A DNA stretch of 32,000 nucleotides from Gemmata obscuriglobus (GTDB lineage: Bacteria; Planctomycetota; Planctomycetia; Gemmatales; Gemmataceae): the NCBI RefSeq assembly GCF_008065095.1, contig NZ_CP042911.1, positions 2,700,001 to 2,732,000 of the forward strand, written 5' to 3'. Position numbers and translations under genes: made by a program. The notes under the pieces were generated by a model. The model searched no databases and had not been told where the DNA came from. It worked only from the letters and a program-made list of their open reading frames with translations. Below are positions 18,580-27,712 of the stretch, piece by piece; position 1 is the stretch's first letter; every line of letters starts with the position of its first letter.

Positions 18580-20046
18580 ATGAAAGACGCGCATCAACCC
18601 GACTGGGCACGAATCCCGAACGGAGCGACCCGAAATATGGCTACTGCGACACAGGCGCCGCCGGCCGCACCCCACGAACCTGTTCGTTCGGACCGCACCC
18701 GCCTGTTGCTGGAAGGGCCGGTGTTGCCGACGTTGCTGAAGCTGGCCGCGCCGACGGTGGCCCTCATGACGTTCCAGGCGGTTGTGAACGCGGTTGAGGG
18801 ATACTACGTCGGGTTCCTCGGGTCGGACGCGCTGGCCGCGATCTCGCTCAGCTTCCCGCTGGTCATGCTCATGACCACGTTGTCGGCCGGGGCTTACGGC
18901 GGCGGGGTGGCGTCGGCGGTGGCGCGGGCACTCGGGGCCGGGCGGCGCGACGAGGCGGCGCGGCTTGCCGGTGCGGCGCTCTCGATCGCGGCCCTGATCG
19001 GGGTCGGGTTCACGGTCGTGCTGCTGGCGTTCGGGCGCGAGATCTACGCGACCCTCGGCGCGACCGGGCCGGTGCTGGACGCGGCCGTTCAGTTCTCGGG
19101 CGTGCTGTTCCTGGGGGCAGTGCCGGTCTGGGTGTTTCAGGCCGCCGCCAGTTGCCTCCGGGGGGCTGGTATCACCGGTTACCCGGCGGCGGTGGGGGCG
19201 GTCGGGGGCGTGCTCACGCTCGCCGTGTCGCCGCTCCTCATTTTCGGGGCGGGGCCGGTTCCGGGGTTCGGGCTGATCGGGGCGGCGTGGGCAGTGGTCG
19301 GGTACAACGTGGTGTCGGCGGCGGCACTCGTCCGGGCGCTGCGCGCGCCGGGTTCGCCGTTCCGAGAGTTCTTCTCGGCGCTCGGGCCGGACCGTCGCCG
19401 GACGGCGGCGATCTTTCGCGTCGCGGCTCCGAGTGCGATCAACACCCTTCAGTCGAACATGACGTTCCTGACGCTGACGGCCCTCGTCGCCCCGTTCGGA
19501 ACGGCGGCCATTGCCGGGTACGGCATGGGCGGGCGGCTCGAATTCCTCCTCATCCCGATCGTGTTCGGGGTCGGGTCGGCGCTGGTGCCGCTGGTGGGCG
19601 CGAACGCCGGGGCCGGGAACCACGCGCGGGTGCGACAGGCGACGCGAGCGGGGCTTTTGCTCGGCGCTAGCGCAGGGGCGGTCGTCGGGCTGACCGCCGC
19701 TGCGCTGCCCGGCGTCTGGATGGGCCTGTTCACAACCGACCCCGATGTGCTCGCGACCGGCGGGGCGTACCTGCGGACCGTCGGCCCGGCGTACATCGGG
19801 TTCGGGAGTGGGCTCGCGCTGTTCTTTGCGGCACAGGGAACGGGGCGTGTGGTTCAGTCACTGGCCGCCGCGTTCACGCGGTTGATCGTTGCGGCGGTGG
19901 GTGGGTATCTGGTGGTGCGGGTGTTCGGCCGCGGTCTCGACGCGCTCTATATCGCGATGGCCGCCGGGCTTGTCGGCCACGGGTTGATAATGATCGTCGT
20001 CGCGCGCCACGAACTCGGGCTCTTCTCGCGGGCGGACTGCAAATGA
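18580..20046 (+). CDS. MATE-family efflux transporter
   Basis: ...LLLEGPVLPTLLKLAAPTVALMTFQAVVNAVEGYYVGFLGSDALAAISLSFPLVMLMTTLSAGAYGGGVASAVARALGAGRRDEA... is the canonical MATE N-lobe, and the protein has 12 hydrophobic segments. The start is uncertain: ATG 18580 (MKDAHQ) or ATG 18637 (MATATQ). The track start at 18484 is unlikely. Confidence 0.85.
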   Translation: MKDAHQPDWARIPNGATRNMATATQAPPAAPHEPVRSDRTRLLLEGPVLPTLLKLAAPTVALMTFQAVVNAVEGYYVGFLGSDALAAISLSFPLVMLMTTLSAGAYGGGVASAVARALGAGRRDEAARLAGAALSIAALIGVGFTVVLLAFGREIYATLGATGPVLDAAVQFSGVLFLGAVPVWVFQAAASCLRGAGITGYPAAVGAVGGVLTLAVSPLLIFGAGPVPGFGLIGAAWAVVGYNVVSAAALVRALRAPGSPFREFFSALGPDRRRTAAIFRVAAPSAINTLQSNMTFLTLTALVAPFGTAAIAGYGMGGRLEFLLIPIVFGVGSALVPLVGANAGAGNHARVRQATRAGLLLGASAGAVVGLTAAALPGVWMGLFTTDPDVLATGGAYLRTVGPAYIGFGSGLALFFAAQGTGRVVQSLAAAFTRLIVAAVGGYLVVRVFGRGLDALYIAMAAGLVGHGLIMIVVARHELGLFSRADCK

Positions 20047-20081
20047 GCGGGTCTGTGGAAGCGGCCGCGGTGACCAACGCG

Positions 20082-20975
20082 TTACCGCAGCGGGTTCTTT
20101 TCGGGCTTTCCGTTCGCGCCCAGAATCTGGAAGTGGTGGATGCCGACCTTCCGGGCGTCGGTGTAGGTCCACACCACCTTCTTGTCGCGCGTCAGCTCGA
20201 ACAGCTTGGTCTGGTTCGCGGTCGTGCGGTAACTGGTCAGTACCGTGTTACCGTTCGCGAGCCGCTGAACCCCGCACGCGTCGCTGATGAGCTTGGTCGG
20301 CAGGTCGTCGTTGGTCACCCGCCACACCTCCTTGCCGTCCTTGTTCACCTCGATCACCAGGTCGCCGTGCGTGCAGCCGATGAGCGTGTTCCCGTCGGGG
20401 AGCCGGATGGCGGTGAAGGGCATGTGTGGCGTCTTCACCTCCCACACGATTTTGCCCTTGGGGTCGTACTCGCGCACCACGCGGTCCAGCAGTTGCGGCA
20501 CGAGATAGTTGCCGCTCGCGAGCTTCCGCGTCATCCGCGTTTGCAGGTGGTGGTCCTTCGTCTGCGCCTGAATCGGGACCTCGGCGACAACTTTGCCGTC
20601 GCGGTCGACTTCGAGGACGCGCGGCTTTTCCCCGGCCTCGGTGAGCAGCACCGTTCCGCCGTCCAGCGGTTGGGCCGTGTTGACCTCCGATTGGGTGCCC
20701 TTGAACTCGAACAGCGTTTTGCCGTCCCGGTTCACCTCGACCACCGCGCCGCCGGGGTACGTTTTGCTCTTCGAGAGGGCGAGGAGCACGTTCCCGTTGT
20801 CCAGCACCCAGCCGTCGCGCGTGGCGTGCGGGTACTTCCAGACGGTCTTGCCGGATTCGTCGGTGATGAACGTTTCCCCGCCGGTGGCGAGGAAGCCGTG
20901 CTTGATCGGATCGGCGGCCAGAACCGTTGTGCCGAACAGTGTGGCCCAGAGGGCAAGCGGAACCGAGCGGAGCAT
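20082..20975 (-). CDS. Secreted beta-propeller protein (PQQ/BamB-like repeat), 297 aa
   Basis: I start it at MLRSVPLALWATLFGTTVLAADP (signal peptide; rc of 20973-20975). It has repeated blades of the form 'DG/NGN-x-L....v.Ev..dGK.vW.', e.g. DNGNVLLAL, DGGTVLLTE, ASGNYLVPQ..KGKIVWEV, PDGNTLIGC..DGKEVWRV, ANGNTVLTS..KKVVWTY. Confidence 0.75.
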   Translation of the reverse strand: MLRSVPLALWATLFGTTVLAADPIKHGFLATGGETFITDESGKTVWKYPHATRDGWVLDNGNVLLALSKSKTYPGGAVVEVNRDGKTLFEFKGTQSEVNTAQPLDGGTVLLTEAGEKPRVLEVDRDGKVVAEVPIQAQTKDHHLQTRMTRKLASGNYLVPQLLDRVVREYDPKGKIVWEVKTPHMPFTAIRLPDGNTLIGCTHGDLVIEVNKDGKEVWRVTNDDLPTKLISDACGVQRLANGNTVLTSYRTTANQTKLFELTRDKKVVWTYTDARKVGIHHFQILGANGKPEKNPLR

Positions 20976-21190
20976 ACGTGTTCTCGGACAAGGTGGTGGG
21001 AGCGGTGCCGGATTGTCGCGACTGCGCCCGCCGGTAGCAACGGAATACTGCGCGGCCCTGGTTTGAAGCACCGTCCCGACGTGGCGTTCAGCGGGGCTTC
21101 ATTCCGATTGTGAGCGCGGCAGGGCTGAGCTAGGATTGCGGGCCGCTGTAAGGCGGGTACGGACGGTTCGGTTGCTGGAAGGGGGCTGGG

Positions 21191-22516
21191 GTGGGCGAAC
21201 TCGTGAGGCGGTTGCTGCGCTGCTGTGGGCCGGCGCTGCTCGTCGTGGCGGTCGGCGCGCTCGGGCTCGCGAAGGCCGACAGCTACTACGGCACGCTGCT
21301 CCGCGGGTTCGACGCCCAGTTTTACTACGCCGCCGCGCGTTCGGTGGTGGTCTCCGGCGACTGGGACGTGACCGACGACTTGCCTCTCGGGCCGGCACAA
21401 GGGCCGTTCCGGACCGACGCCGGCACTCCCCGGCGTGCGGACGGCGGCATCAAGAACGTGTTCCCGGTCGGGCTGTCGCTGCTGGAGGGGGCGTTCCTAC
21501 TACCGGCCCGCGCGCTGACCACAATCGCTGGGGGGGGAAGTGGGCCGGTCGGTTACACGCGACCGGAGGTTGGATTCGTCGCGCTCGGCTTGCTGCTCGC
21601 GGCCGGCCTCGGCGTGCAGATCACGTTTGCTCTGGTTCGTACCCTTGTTTCGACGCCGGTTGCGGCTGTGGCGACGATCGCGGCCTGGCTCGGCACCCCG
21701 CTGCTGTACTACACCGCATGGTTTCCGTTCAGCGTCCACCCGACCACGTTCTGCATCATGGTGTTGCTGCTGCTGCTCGCCGACCGGATACCGCACGCGC
21801 GGCGGTCGAACGTCGCGGTGTTCGTGTTCGCGGTGCTGGCGTCGGCGCTCTACCTGACTCGACCGCACCAGTCGCCGTACATTCTGGTGCTTGTGGCGTG
21901 GCGCGGGGCACCGCTCCTGCGCCGGGGCTGGCGCGCGTGGGGGCCGGGTGCGGGTGCCGGTCTCGTGGTCGGTGTCGCGGCCCTTGTGTTCCAGGCACAG
22001 GTTCACGCGGTGAACGTCGGGGCGCGCGCACTGATTGCTCATGGAACCCACGACCACCCCATGATCACTGGGCATTTCGTGAGTGCGCCGGATGTGTTTG
22101 CGGTGCTGCTGTCTCCGGCGCGCGGGCTGTTCTGGGTGACGCCGGTCGTGTTGCTCGCGCTGGTCGGTTACGTATGGCGGTGGCGGGATGTGCCGTGGTG
22201 GGGTTGGGCGAGTTTGGCCAACGCTGCGCTGCAAACGACGATTTTGGCGTTCTGGAGCGATCCGGGGCAGGGTGATTCGTTCGGCGTCCGGCTGTGGGTG
22301 GAGCACGTGCCGGTTGTGGCGTGCGGGTTGGCGGTACTGGCGGGTGGAGCGTTCGCGTGGGGACGGATCGCACGCGCCGTGCTGGCGGCGGTGCTACTCG
22401 CGTGCGTGAGTTGGACGCTGTTACTGTGCGCGTGCTATGTCTCCGGTCGCCTCCGGACGGACCAGACGCACCGGGAGGTCGTGTCGCAGGCCGTCTCGCT
22501 GGTGTTGCGCCGCTGA
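21191..22516 (+). CDS. Polytopic integral membrane protein, GT-C/ArnT-like (putative glycosyltransferase)
   Basis: The GTG start follows GGAAGGGGG. It has ~10-12 hydrophobic helices. The N-terminal loop, DSYYGTLLRGFDAQFYYAAARSVVVSGDWDVTDD, resembles the first periplasmic loop of PMT_2/ArnT-like enzymes; that assignment is from memory only. The overlapping ORF 21136..22275 is R/G/A-rich and I rejected it. Confidence 0.6.
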   Translation: MGELVRRLLRCCGPALLVVAVGALGLAKADSYYGTLLRGFDAQFYYAAARSVVVSGDWDVTDDLPLGPAQGPFRTDAGTPRRADGGIKNVFPVGLSLLEGAFLLPARALTTIAGGGSGPVGYTRPEVGFVALGLLLAAGLGVQITFALVRTLVSTPVAAVATIAAWLGTPLLYYTAWFPFSVHPTTFCIMVLLLLLADRIPHARRSNVAVFVFAVLASALYLTRPHQSPYILVLVAWRGAPLLRRGWRAWGPGAGAGLVVGVAALVFQAQVHAVNVGARALIAHGTHDHPMITGHFVSAPDVFAVLLSPARGLFWVTPVVLLALVGYVWRWRDVPWWGWASLANAALQTTILAFWSDPGQGDSFGVRLWVEHVPVVACGLAVLAGGAFAWGRIARAVLAAVLLACVSWTLLLCACYVSGRLRTDQTHREVVSQAVSLVLRR

Positions 22517-22588
22517 GCGCGCTGCTCCCGACATCGCACCGGCTTCGCAGGGCGGTATCCTCATCCGTTGGGCCAAGCGGAGAGGATC

Positions 22589-23152
22589 ATGCCCATCATC
22601 ATCGAGACCCGCCGGAAGAAGGCCGCAACCATTGCGCAACAATGGCCCGGAGCGACCGTCGCGGACGTGACCTCGAAAGGACCGGAACCGTGGGTGCGGT
22701 TCAGCCCCTTCTTTCCCCACGGTGGGATCCCAATTCCGAACACGCCCGACGAAACCGCCGCATCGGTCGAAGGGCTCTGGCAAGGTCTGAAGGTCTTTGA
22801 GAAGGAGGACATCGACCCGAAGAAGTGGGCGATCACGGACATGCGGAACATCAAACGCGCCGGGGCGAGTCGCGGTGCGGTCCGCGGGCACCGGTTCGGC
22901 GTGGGGAGCGGAACGCTTCTTGGCTACCGCGAGGCCCGGTTCCGCATCTACCTCCCGGCGTACGCGTGGGTTCTGGAGCGTTGCCTCGCGCGCGAAGTCG
23001 AACAGCTTCGGGGGATCGCGAGGGCCGGGACGGTCGTGCTGCTCGATTACGAAACGAACACGGATGCTGAGGACCTTTCACGCCCGCTGTCGCACGCCGC
23101 GCTGGTACGGCACTTTCTGGAAGAGACGTGGCCCGAACCGCCCGCGAACTGA
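22589..23152 (+). CDS. Conserved hypothetical protein (187 aa), function unknown
   Basis: The ATG at 22589 is preceded by GGAGAGGA (22579-22586). The sequence is MPIIIETRRKKAATIAQQWPGATVADVTSKGPEPWVRFSPFFPHGGIPIPNTPDETAASVEGLWQGLKVFEKEDID...LLDYETNTDAEDLSRPLSHAALVRHFL. It has a globular composition and I recognise no catalytic motif. Confidence 0.65.
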   Translation: MPIIIETRRKKAATIAQQWPGATVADVTSKGPEPWVRFSPFFPHGGIPIPNTPDETAASVEGLWQGLKVFEKEDIDPKKWAITDMRNIKRAGASRGAVRGHRFGVGSGTLLGYREARFRIYLPAYAWVLERCLAREVEQLRGIARAGTVVLLDYETNTDAEDLSRPLSHAALVRHFLEETWPEPPAN

Positions 23153-23216
23153 TGTGCGCTTCGGGGCGATCGGTATGGCCCGGCTCGTTCGGCTGAACAG
23201 AAAACTGGCAGCCCAA

Positions 23217-23252
23217 GGGCATTGGGCGGACATGCGTGTGCGCCCAATGCCC
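23217..23252. terminator. Hairpin between convergent genes (bidirectional terminator candidate)
   Basis: A perfect 12-bp stem, GGGCATTGGGCG (23217-23228) pairing with CGCCCAATGCCC (23241-23252), encloses a 12-nt loop. It lies between the stops at 23152 (+) and 23283 (-) and has no clean U-tract. Confidence 0.45.
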
Positions 23253-23282
23253 CTGTGAGGTGTTGTTGCATTCACCGCCGGC

Positions 23283-24446
23283 TTATGCGGCCCGCGATTC
23301 GGCGTGGGCCAGCCACCCCCGGACCCGCTCCAGTTCTTCCGCCCAGCCGGGGGACAGGCGCACCGTCAGGAAGTGGGCGTACAACAGGTCCAGCGTCTCG
23401 ACCAGTTCGCGCACCTGCGTCGCCCGCTCGTCCAGTTTGGCCCGGGCCTCGGTTACGTCCTCGGGGAGGTCGGGCATCTTGCACGAGCCCACCGCCAGCG
23501 TCTCGGCGTGCAGCGTCAGTTCGTACTGCAAGCCGTGCCGGACCATCGTCAGCCCCATCTTCCGGGGCAGCTTCCCGGCCTGCACGGCGCGGCGCGCTTC
23601 AGGCAACCGGGTCGGCCCGTCGCTGGCGATGGTCTCGCTCCCGGTGACGCCGCGCGGGCACTCCAGTGTGAGCGTCCGCGCGGGCATCAGGGTGATGTCG
23701 CTCCCGTCCGCCGCGGTCACCGTATCGGTCTCCCGGTCCGTCAGGAACCAGAGCCACAGGAGGTACTCGTTGCCCAGAAAGTCGGCCGCCCCGCCGCCCG
23801 GGACCCAGGCCACCTCGCCCTCGTTCCCGGGCACGAACTCCGACGGCATTTCCGCCGCCCCGGTGAGCCCCAGGGCGCTCGCGGCCCGCTCGGCCTGGCG
23901 GCCGGCGGTGAGCGGTTCGAGCGGGAGCCCGAAGGTGCGCTCGAACAGGTCCGAGAGCCGGTCCGCGTGGGTGGCCGAAGTGGCCCCGAACAGCACCTCG
24001 TTGGCCGCCCGGTCCCACAGCACCGGGGTGCATTTACGCCGCTTGAACCGCCCGTCCTTGGCTTCCGCCTCCAGGCGGTTCCGCGCGCCCTCCTTGGCCT
24101 CGCGCTTCTGCCGGGCCGACGCGAAGCCGCTCGGGTTTTCCTTGGCCAGTGCGGTCAGGTCGGTCTCGTAGTACGCTTTGAGCAGGTCGCCGGGGAGCCG
24201 GTCGGTGTCCACCCGCAGGTCGAAGTGGAGCGTGTCGTTGATCACGTTCTTGGCCAGATCGAACTCGGTGTCCAGGACCGACTTGCCGGCCGCCCACCCG
24301 GTCTCGATGCCGTCCGCGGCGGCGAGCGCCTGCCTCCCCGCGGCATGCTCCCGGAGCCGGTCCAGATGTTCGTCGTCGAAGAACCGCGGGGCCGGGCCGC
24401 CGACCGCGAACCGAAGAAACGTAACCCGCCCGGTAAAGAAGCCCAT
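23283..24446 (-). CDS. RdgC-like recombination-associated protein (387 aa)
   Basis: I start it at MGFFTGRVTFLRFAV (rc of 24444-24446). The overall pattern resembles the RdgC family: an N-terminal 'F...v.f.rf', ...GWAAGKSVLDTEFDLAKNVINDTLHFDLRVDTDRLPGDLLKAYY..., and a later FLGNEYLLWLWF. This is assigned from memory without an HMM. The upstream 76 aa of the listed ORF are R/P/A-rich and I rejected them. Confidence 0.6.
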   Translation of the reverse strand: MGFFTGRVTFLRFAVGGPAPRFFDDEHLDRLREHAAGRQALAAADGIETGWAAGKSVLDTEFDLAKNVINDTLHFDLRVDTDRLPGDLLKAYYETDLTALAKENPSGFASARQKREAKEGARNRLEAEAKDGRFKRRKCTPVLWDRAANEVLFGATSATHADRLSDLFERTFGLPLEPLTAGRQAERAASALGLTGAAEMPSEFVPGNEGEVAWVPGGGAADFLGNEYLLWLWFLTDRETDTVTAADGSDITLMPARTLTLECPRGVTGSETIASDGPTRLPEARRAVQAGKLPRKMGLTMVRHGLQYELTLHAETLAVGSCKMPDLPEDVTEARAKLDERATQVRELVETLDLLYAHFLTVRLSPGWAEELERVRGWLAHAESRAA

Positions 24447-24772
24447 GTCGGTGCCCCCGTTCGTAGTGCGAACACGCGTGTCGCGTAAGGTATTGCACTG
24501 TTGTGGAGCCCCAGAGTGAAGGCGGCGGGTGGCCGGTTCCGTGCCCGCCGGGCGTCCCGCCTCGCGCCGGCCGGTACGATCGTGCGCGCCGGAACGTGCC
24601 GGTGCCGACATTGCCGACCGGGCCGGTACGGCACGCACCACCGCGCGAACCGGTCCGAGCGGATGCGGTGCCATTTGGGAAGGTAGGGGCGTCGCGGCGG
24701 GGGGCCGGCGTGCGGGAGGTCGTGCCGCGACACCGCTTCGGTTCCGGTGCCCGGTGCGCTGTCATTCGTGAG

Positions 24773-26269
24773 GTGTATGTGGACCACCGTATCGTTTCGC
24801 GCGTGCTCGTTCCGCTCGCGTGTGTGAGCTTGCTGCTGCTGCTGACCGCCGCCGGGGCCGCGTGGTACGCCCGGCTCGCGCAGCAGCGGGTGTCGGCGAT
24901 GCTCAACAGCAACGTCGCCAGCGTTCGCGCCGCACGCGACCTTGAAAGCCGCGTGCGCGACGTGGACGCCGGGCTGGACCGGTTTCTCATCACCGGCGAC
25001 CGCCAGCACCTGGAAGCCGTCCGCCCGCTCCGGCAACTGACGCTGGACGCGCTGGCCGAGGCCGAGAGCGTCGCCTTCACGAAGGAAGAGCAGGCGCTCA
25101 TGCGGCGGGTTCGTGCCGGGTGTGAGCGACTGTTCGCGGAGTACGACCGGGTCTTTCACGGGCCGCCCGGCGCGGTGCCGCGGGCCGAACTGGCCGAGCT
25201 GGCCGCGATCCCCGAGAAAGAGATCCTTGAACCCGCCAAAGAGTACGCGCGGCTGAACGAGGAGGCGCTCGCGCAGTCCGGCCAGACGAGCGAGGAGATG
25301 ACCGGGCTCCTGACGGTCGTGTTCCTTGCGATCGGGGCGTGCGGGGCGGGCGGCGGGTTGCTCGGCGGGTGGCTGATCGCGACGGGGGTCCGCCGCGGCA
25401 TGCTGCGCACGGAGGAGCGGCTCCAGGGCACAGTTGTTCGGTTGAGCGCCGTGGTGCCGACCGGGGCGCATGCCGGGGACGCGGCGGAGCGGCTGGACGA
25501 GTCCGTCTCGGCCTTACTGGACCGCTTCCGCCAGGTGGAACGCGACGCGCTGCGGGCCGAACAACTGGCGTGGGTCGGGCAGATGGCCGCGGGCATTGCC
25601 CACGAGATCCGCAACCCGCTCATGGCCATCAAAATCCTCATCCAGACGGCGGCCGACCCGCTGGGCCTGTCGCCGTTCCGGGCGAAGGATCTGGCGGTCA
25701 TCGAGCGCGAAATCGGGCGCCTGGAGCACACCGTCACCGGGTTCCTGGACTTCGCCCGGCCGCCGCGCCCCGAGCGCCAGGCGACCGACCTCCGATCGCT
25801 CCTGGAGCAGGCGGTCGCGGGACTCCAGGCGCGCGCCGACCGTCAGAAGGTCGCGCTCGGGATCGAAGTGCCCGCCGAACCCGTCACCCTGTTGGTCGAC
25901 CCGAACCAGTTCGGCCAGGTGGTGTACAACTTGCTCTACAACGCCATTGACGCGCAGCCGGGCGGCGGGCGGGTCCGGATCTCGGTCGAAGCCGCAACGC
26001 GTGAAGGGGGGGGACCGGAACTGGTGCTACGAGTGGCGGACGAGGGCGCGGGCCTGCCGGCCGCCGTCGGCGAGCGGATCTTCGACCCGTTCGTCAGCAC
26101 CAAGGAGACCGGGCTGGGGTTGGGGCTGTCCATCTGCCGCCGGATCGTGGAGGCGCACGGGGGGACGATTCGGGCCGGTTCGCCGCCCGCGGGCGGGGCC
26201 GTTTTTACCGTGCGGCTGCCGCTGCTGGATGCACTCGAATCAGGCCCGGGAACCGGCACTCGCCCGTGA
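24773..26269 (+). CDS. Sensor histidine kinase (two TM helices, periplasmic helical sensor, HisKA plus HATPase_c)
   Basis: - H-box: QMAAGIAHEIRNPLMAIK.
- N-box: NLLYNAIDA.
- G-boxes: VADEGAGLP and TKETGLGLGLSICRRIVEAHGG.
- TM1: VLVPLACVSLLLLLTAAGAAWYA.
- TM2: LLTVVFLAIGACGAGGGLLGGWLIA.
I start it at GTG 24773 (or GTG 24779), just before TM1. The track start at 24503 runs through the divergent promoter region. Confidence 0.88.
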   Translation: MYVDHRIVSRVLVPLACVSLLLLLTAAGAAWYARLAQQRVSAMLNSNVASVRAARDLESRVRDVDAGLDRFLITGDRQHLEAVRPLRQLTLDALAEAESVAFTKEEQALMRRVRAGCERLFAEYDRVFHGPPGAVPRAELAELAAIPEKEILEPAKEYARLNEEALAQSGQTSEEMTGLLTVVFLAIGACGAGGGLLGGWLIATGVRRGMLRTEERLQGTVVRLSAVVPTGAHAGDAAERLDESVSALLDRFRQVERDALRAEQLAWVGQMAAGIAHEIRNPLMAIKILIQTAADPLGLSPFRAKDLAVIEREIGRLEHTVTGFLDFARPPRPERQATDLRSLLEQAVAGLQARADRQKVALGIEVPAEPVTLLVDPNQFGQVVYNLLYNAIDAQPGGGRVRISVEAATREGGGPELVLRVADEGAGLPAAVGERIFDPFVSTKETGLGLGLSICRRIVEAHGGTIRAGSPPAGGAVFTVRLPLLDALESGPGTGTRP

Positions 26270-26284
26270 TATGGAGACGAAGAC

Positions 26285-27712
26285 GTGGCCAATCTGCTCA
26301 TCGTCGACGACGAGGAGAGCCTGCTGTACTCGCTGGAGGCCGGGCTTTCGACCGACGACCTCGCGGTGAGCACCGCGACGACCGGGCGCGAGGGCGTCGC
26401 CGCCGTTCGCGCACAGACGCCGGACGCGGTCATTCTGGACGTGCGCCTGCCGGACATGACCGGCCTGGAGGTGTTCGATCAGATCCGGGCGCTGGACCCC
26501 CGGCTGCCGGTCGTGATGATCACCGCCTACGCGGCGGCCGATACGGCTATCGAAGCCGTCAAGCGCGGTGCCTTCGAGTACCTCCTCAAGCCGGTCGACT
26601 TGCACCGCCTGCGGGACACGGTCGCTCGCGCGATCGAGTTGCGGCGGATGCGGAGCGTGCCGGCGGTGATCGCCGGCGAGCCGGCGCCGCCGGACGCCGA
26701 CGAGGTGGTGGGCCGCAGCCCCGCCATGCAGGCGGTGTACAAGGCCATCGGCCTGCTCGCCCGGCAGGCCGTGCCCGTGTTGATTACGGGCGAGAGCGGG
26801 ACCGGAAAAGAGCTGATCGCCCGCACCCTGTACCAGCACTCGGAGCGGGCGGACCGGCCGCTGCTGGCGCTCGACTGCTCCGCCACTCCGGGGGCGGCGC
26901 TGGAAGAGGAGTTGTTCGGTCGCGAAACGAGTGCCGAGGGCGGCCGGGGTAAGATCGGGCGGTTCGAGCAGGCCGACGGCGGGACCGTTTACCTCGACGA
27001 GGTCGCCGACCTCAGCCCGTCCGCCCAGGCCAAGCTCCTCCGCGTCCTTCAGGAGCGGCGGTTCGACCGCGCGGGCGGTGGCGACGCGGTGGCGGCCGAC
27101 GTGCGCGTCATCGCGTCCACCGGCCAGAACCTGGCCGCTCTGGCGGCCGCTGGGCAGTTCCGGCACGATCTGCTCTATCGCCTCAACGGGTTCGTGATCG
27201 CGCTCCCGGCGCTCCGCGACCGCCCCGGCGACATCCCCCTACTCGCCGAGTACTTCTTACGGCAGTCGGCCCGGCGGTTGGGCAAGTCGTTCCACGCGGT
27301 CGCTCCAGAGGCGGTTCAGTTGCTCGAACAGCACCCCTGGGCCGGGAACGTCCGCGAATTGCAGAACGTGGTGCGGTTCGCGGCGATTCAGGCGACGGGC
27401 GAGGTCCTGACGCCGGACTGCCTACCGGCGGCCCTGCGCGGCGATCCCGGCGCGGGCAAACCGTCTGACGAGGTCGTGGACCTGGCCGGGGTCCGCCGTC
27501 TGGTCCGCGACCTCCTTGCGACCGGTTCGCTCGACATCTACCGCCGGGTCCTGTTAGAGGTCGAACGCGCGGTCATCGGCGACGTCCTGGATCACGTCGG
27601 TGGCAACCAGGTTCAGGCCAGCGAGCTGCTCGGCATCTCGCGGAACACGCTCCGATCGCGGCTCCAAGCGTTCGACCGCGCGGCCCGAAAGGCCGACCGG
27701 ACGGGGAGCTGA
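26285..27712 (+). CDS. NtrC-family response regulator (REC, AAA+ and Fis-type HTH domains) with a degenerate GAFTGA loop
   Basis: The GTG start lies 16 nt after the kinase stop.
- REC domain: MANLLIVDDEE...AVILDVRLPDMTG...KP.
- Walker A: GESGTGKE.
- Walker B: GGTVYLDEV.
- Other AAA+ motifs: RVIASTGQNL, FRHDLLYRLNG.
- C-terminal HTH: GNQVQASELLGISRNTLRSRL.
Where ELFGHEKGAFTGA is expected, the sequence reads ELFGRETSAEGGRGK. Confidence 0.9.
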   Translation: MANLLIVDDEESLLYSLEAGLSTDDLAVSTATTGREGVAAVRAQTPDAVILDVRLPDMTGLEVFDQIRALDPRLPVVMITAYAAADTAIEAVKRGAFEYLLKPVDLHRLRDTVARAIELRRMRSVPAVIAGEPAPPDADEVVGRSPAMQAVYKAIGLLARQAVPVLITGESGTGKELIARTLYQHSERADRPLLALDCSATPGAALEEELFGRETSAEGGRGKIGRFEQADGGTVYLDEVADLSPSAQAKLLRVLQERRFDRAGGGDAVAADVRVIASTGQNLAALAAAGQFRHDLLYRLNGFVIALPALRDRPGDIPLLAEYFLRQSARRLGKSFHAVAPEAVQLLEQHPWAGNVRELQNVVRFAAIQATGEVLTPDCLPAALRGDPGAGKPSDEVVDLAGVRRLVRDLLATGSLDIYRRVLLEVERAVIGDVLDHVGGNQVQASELLGISRNTLRSRLQAFDRAARKADRTGS

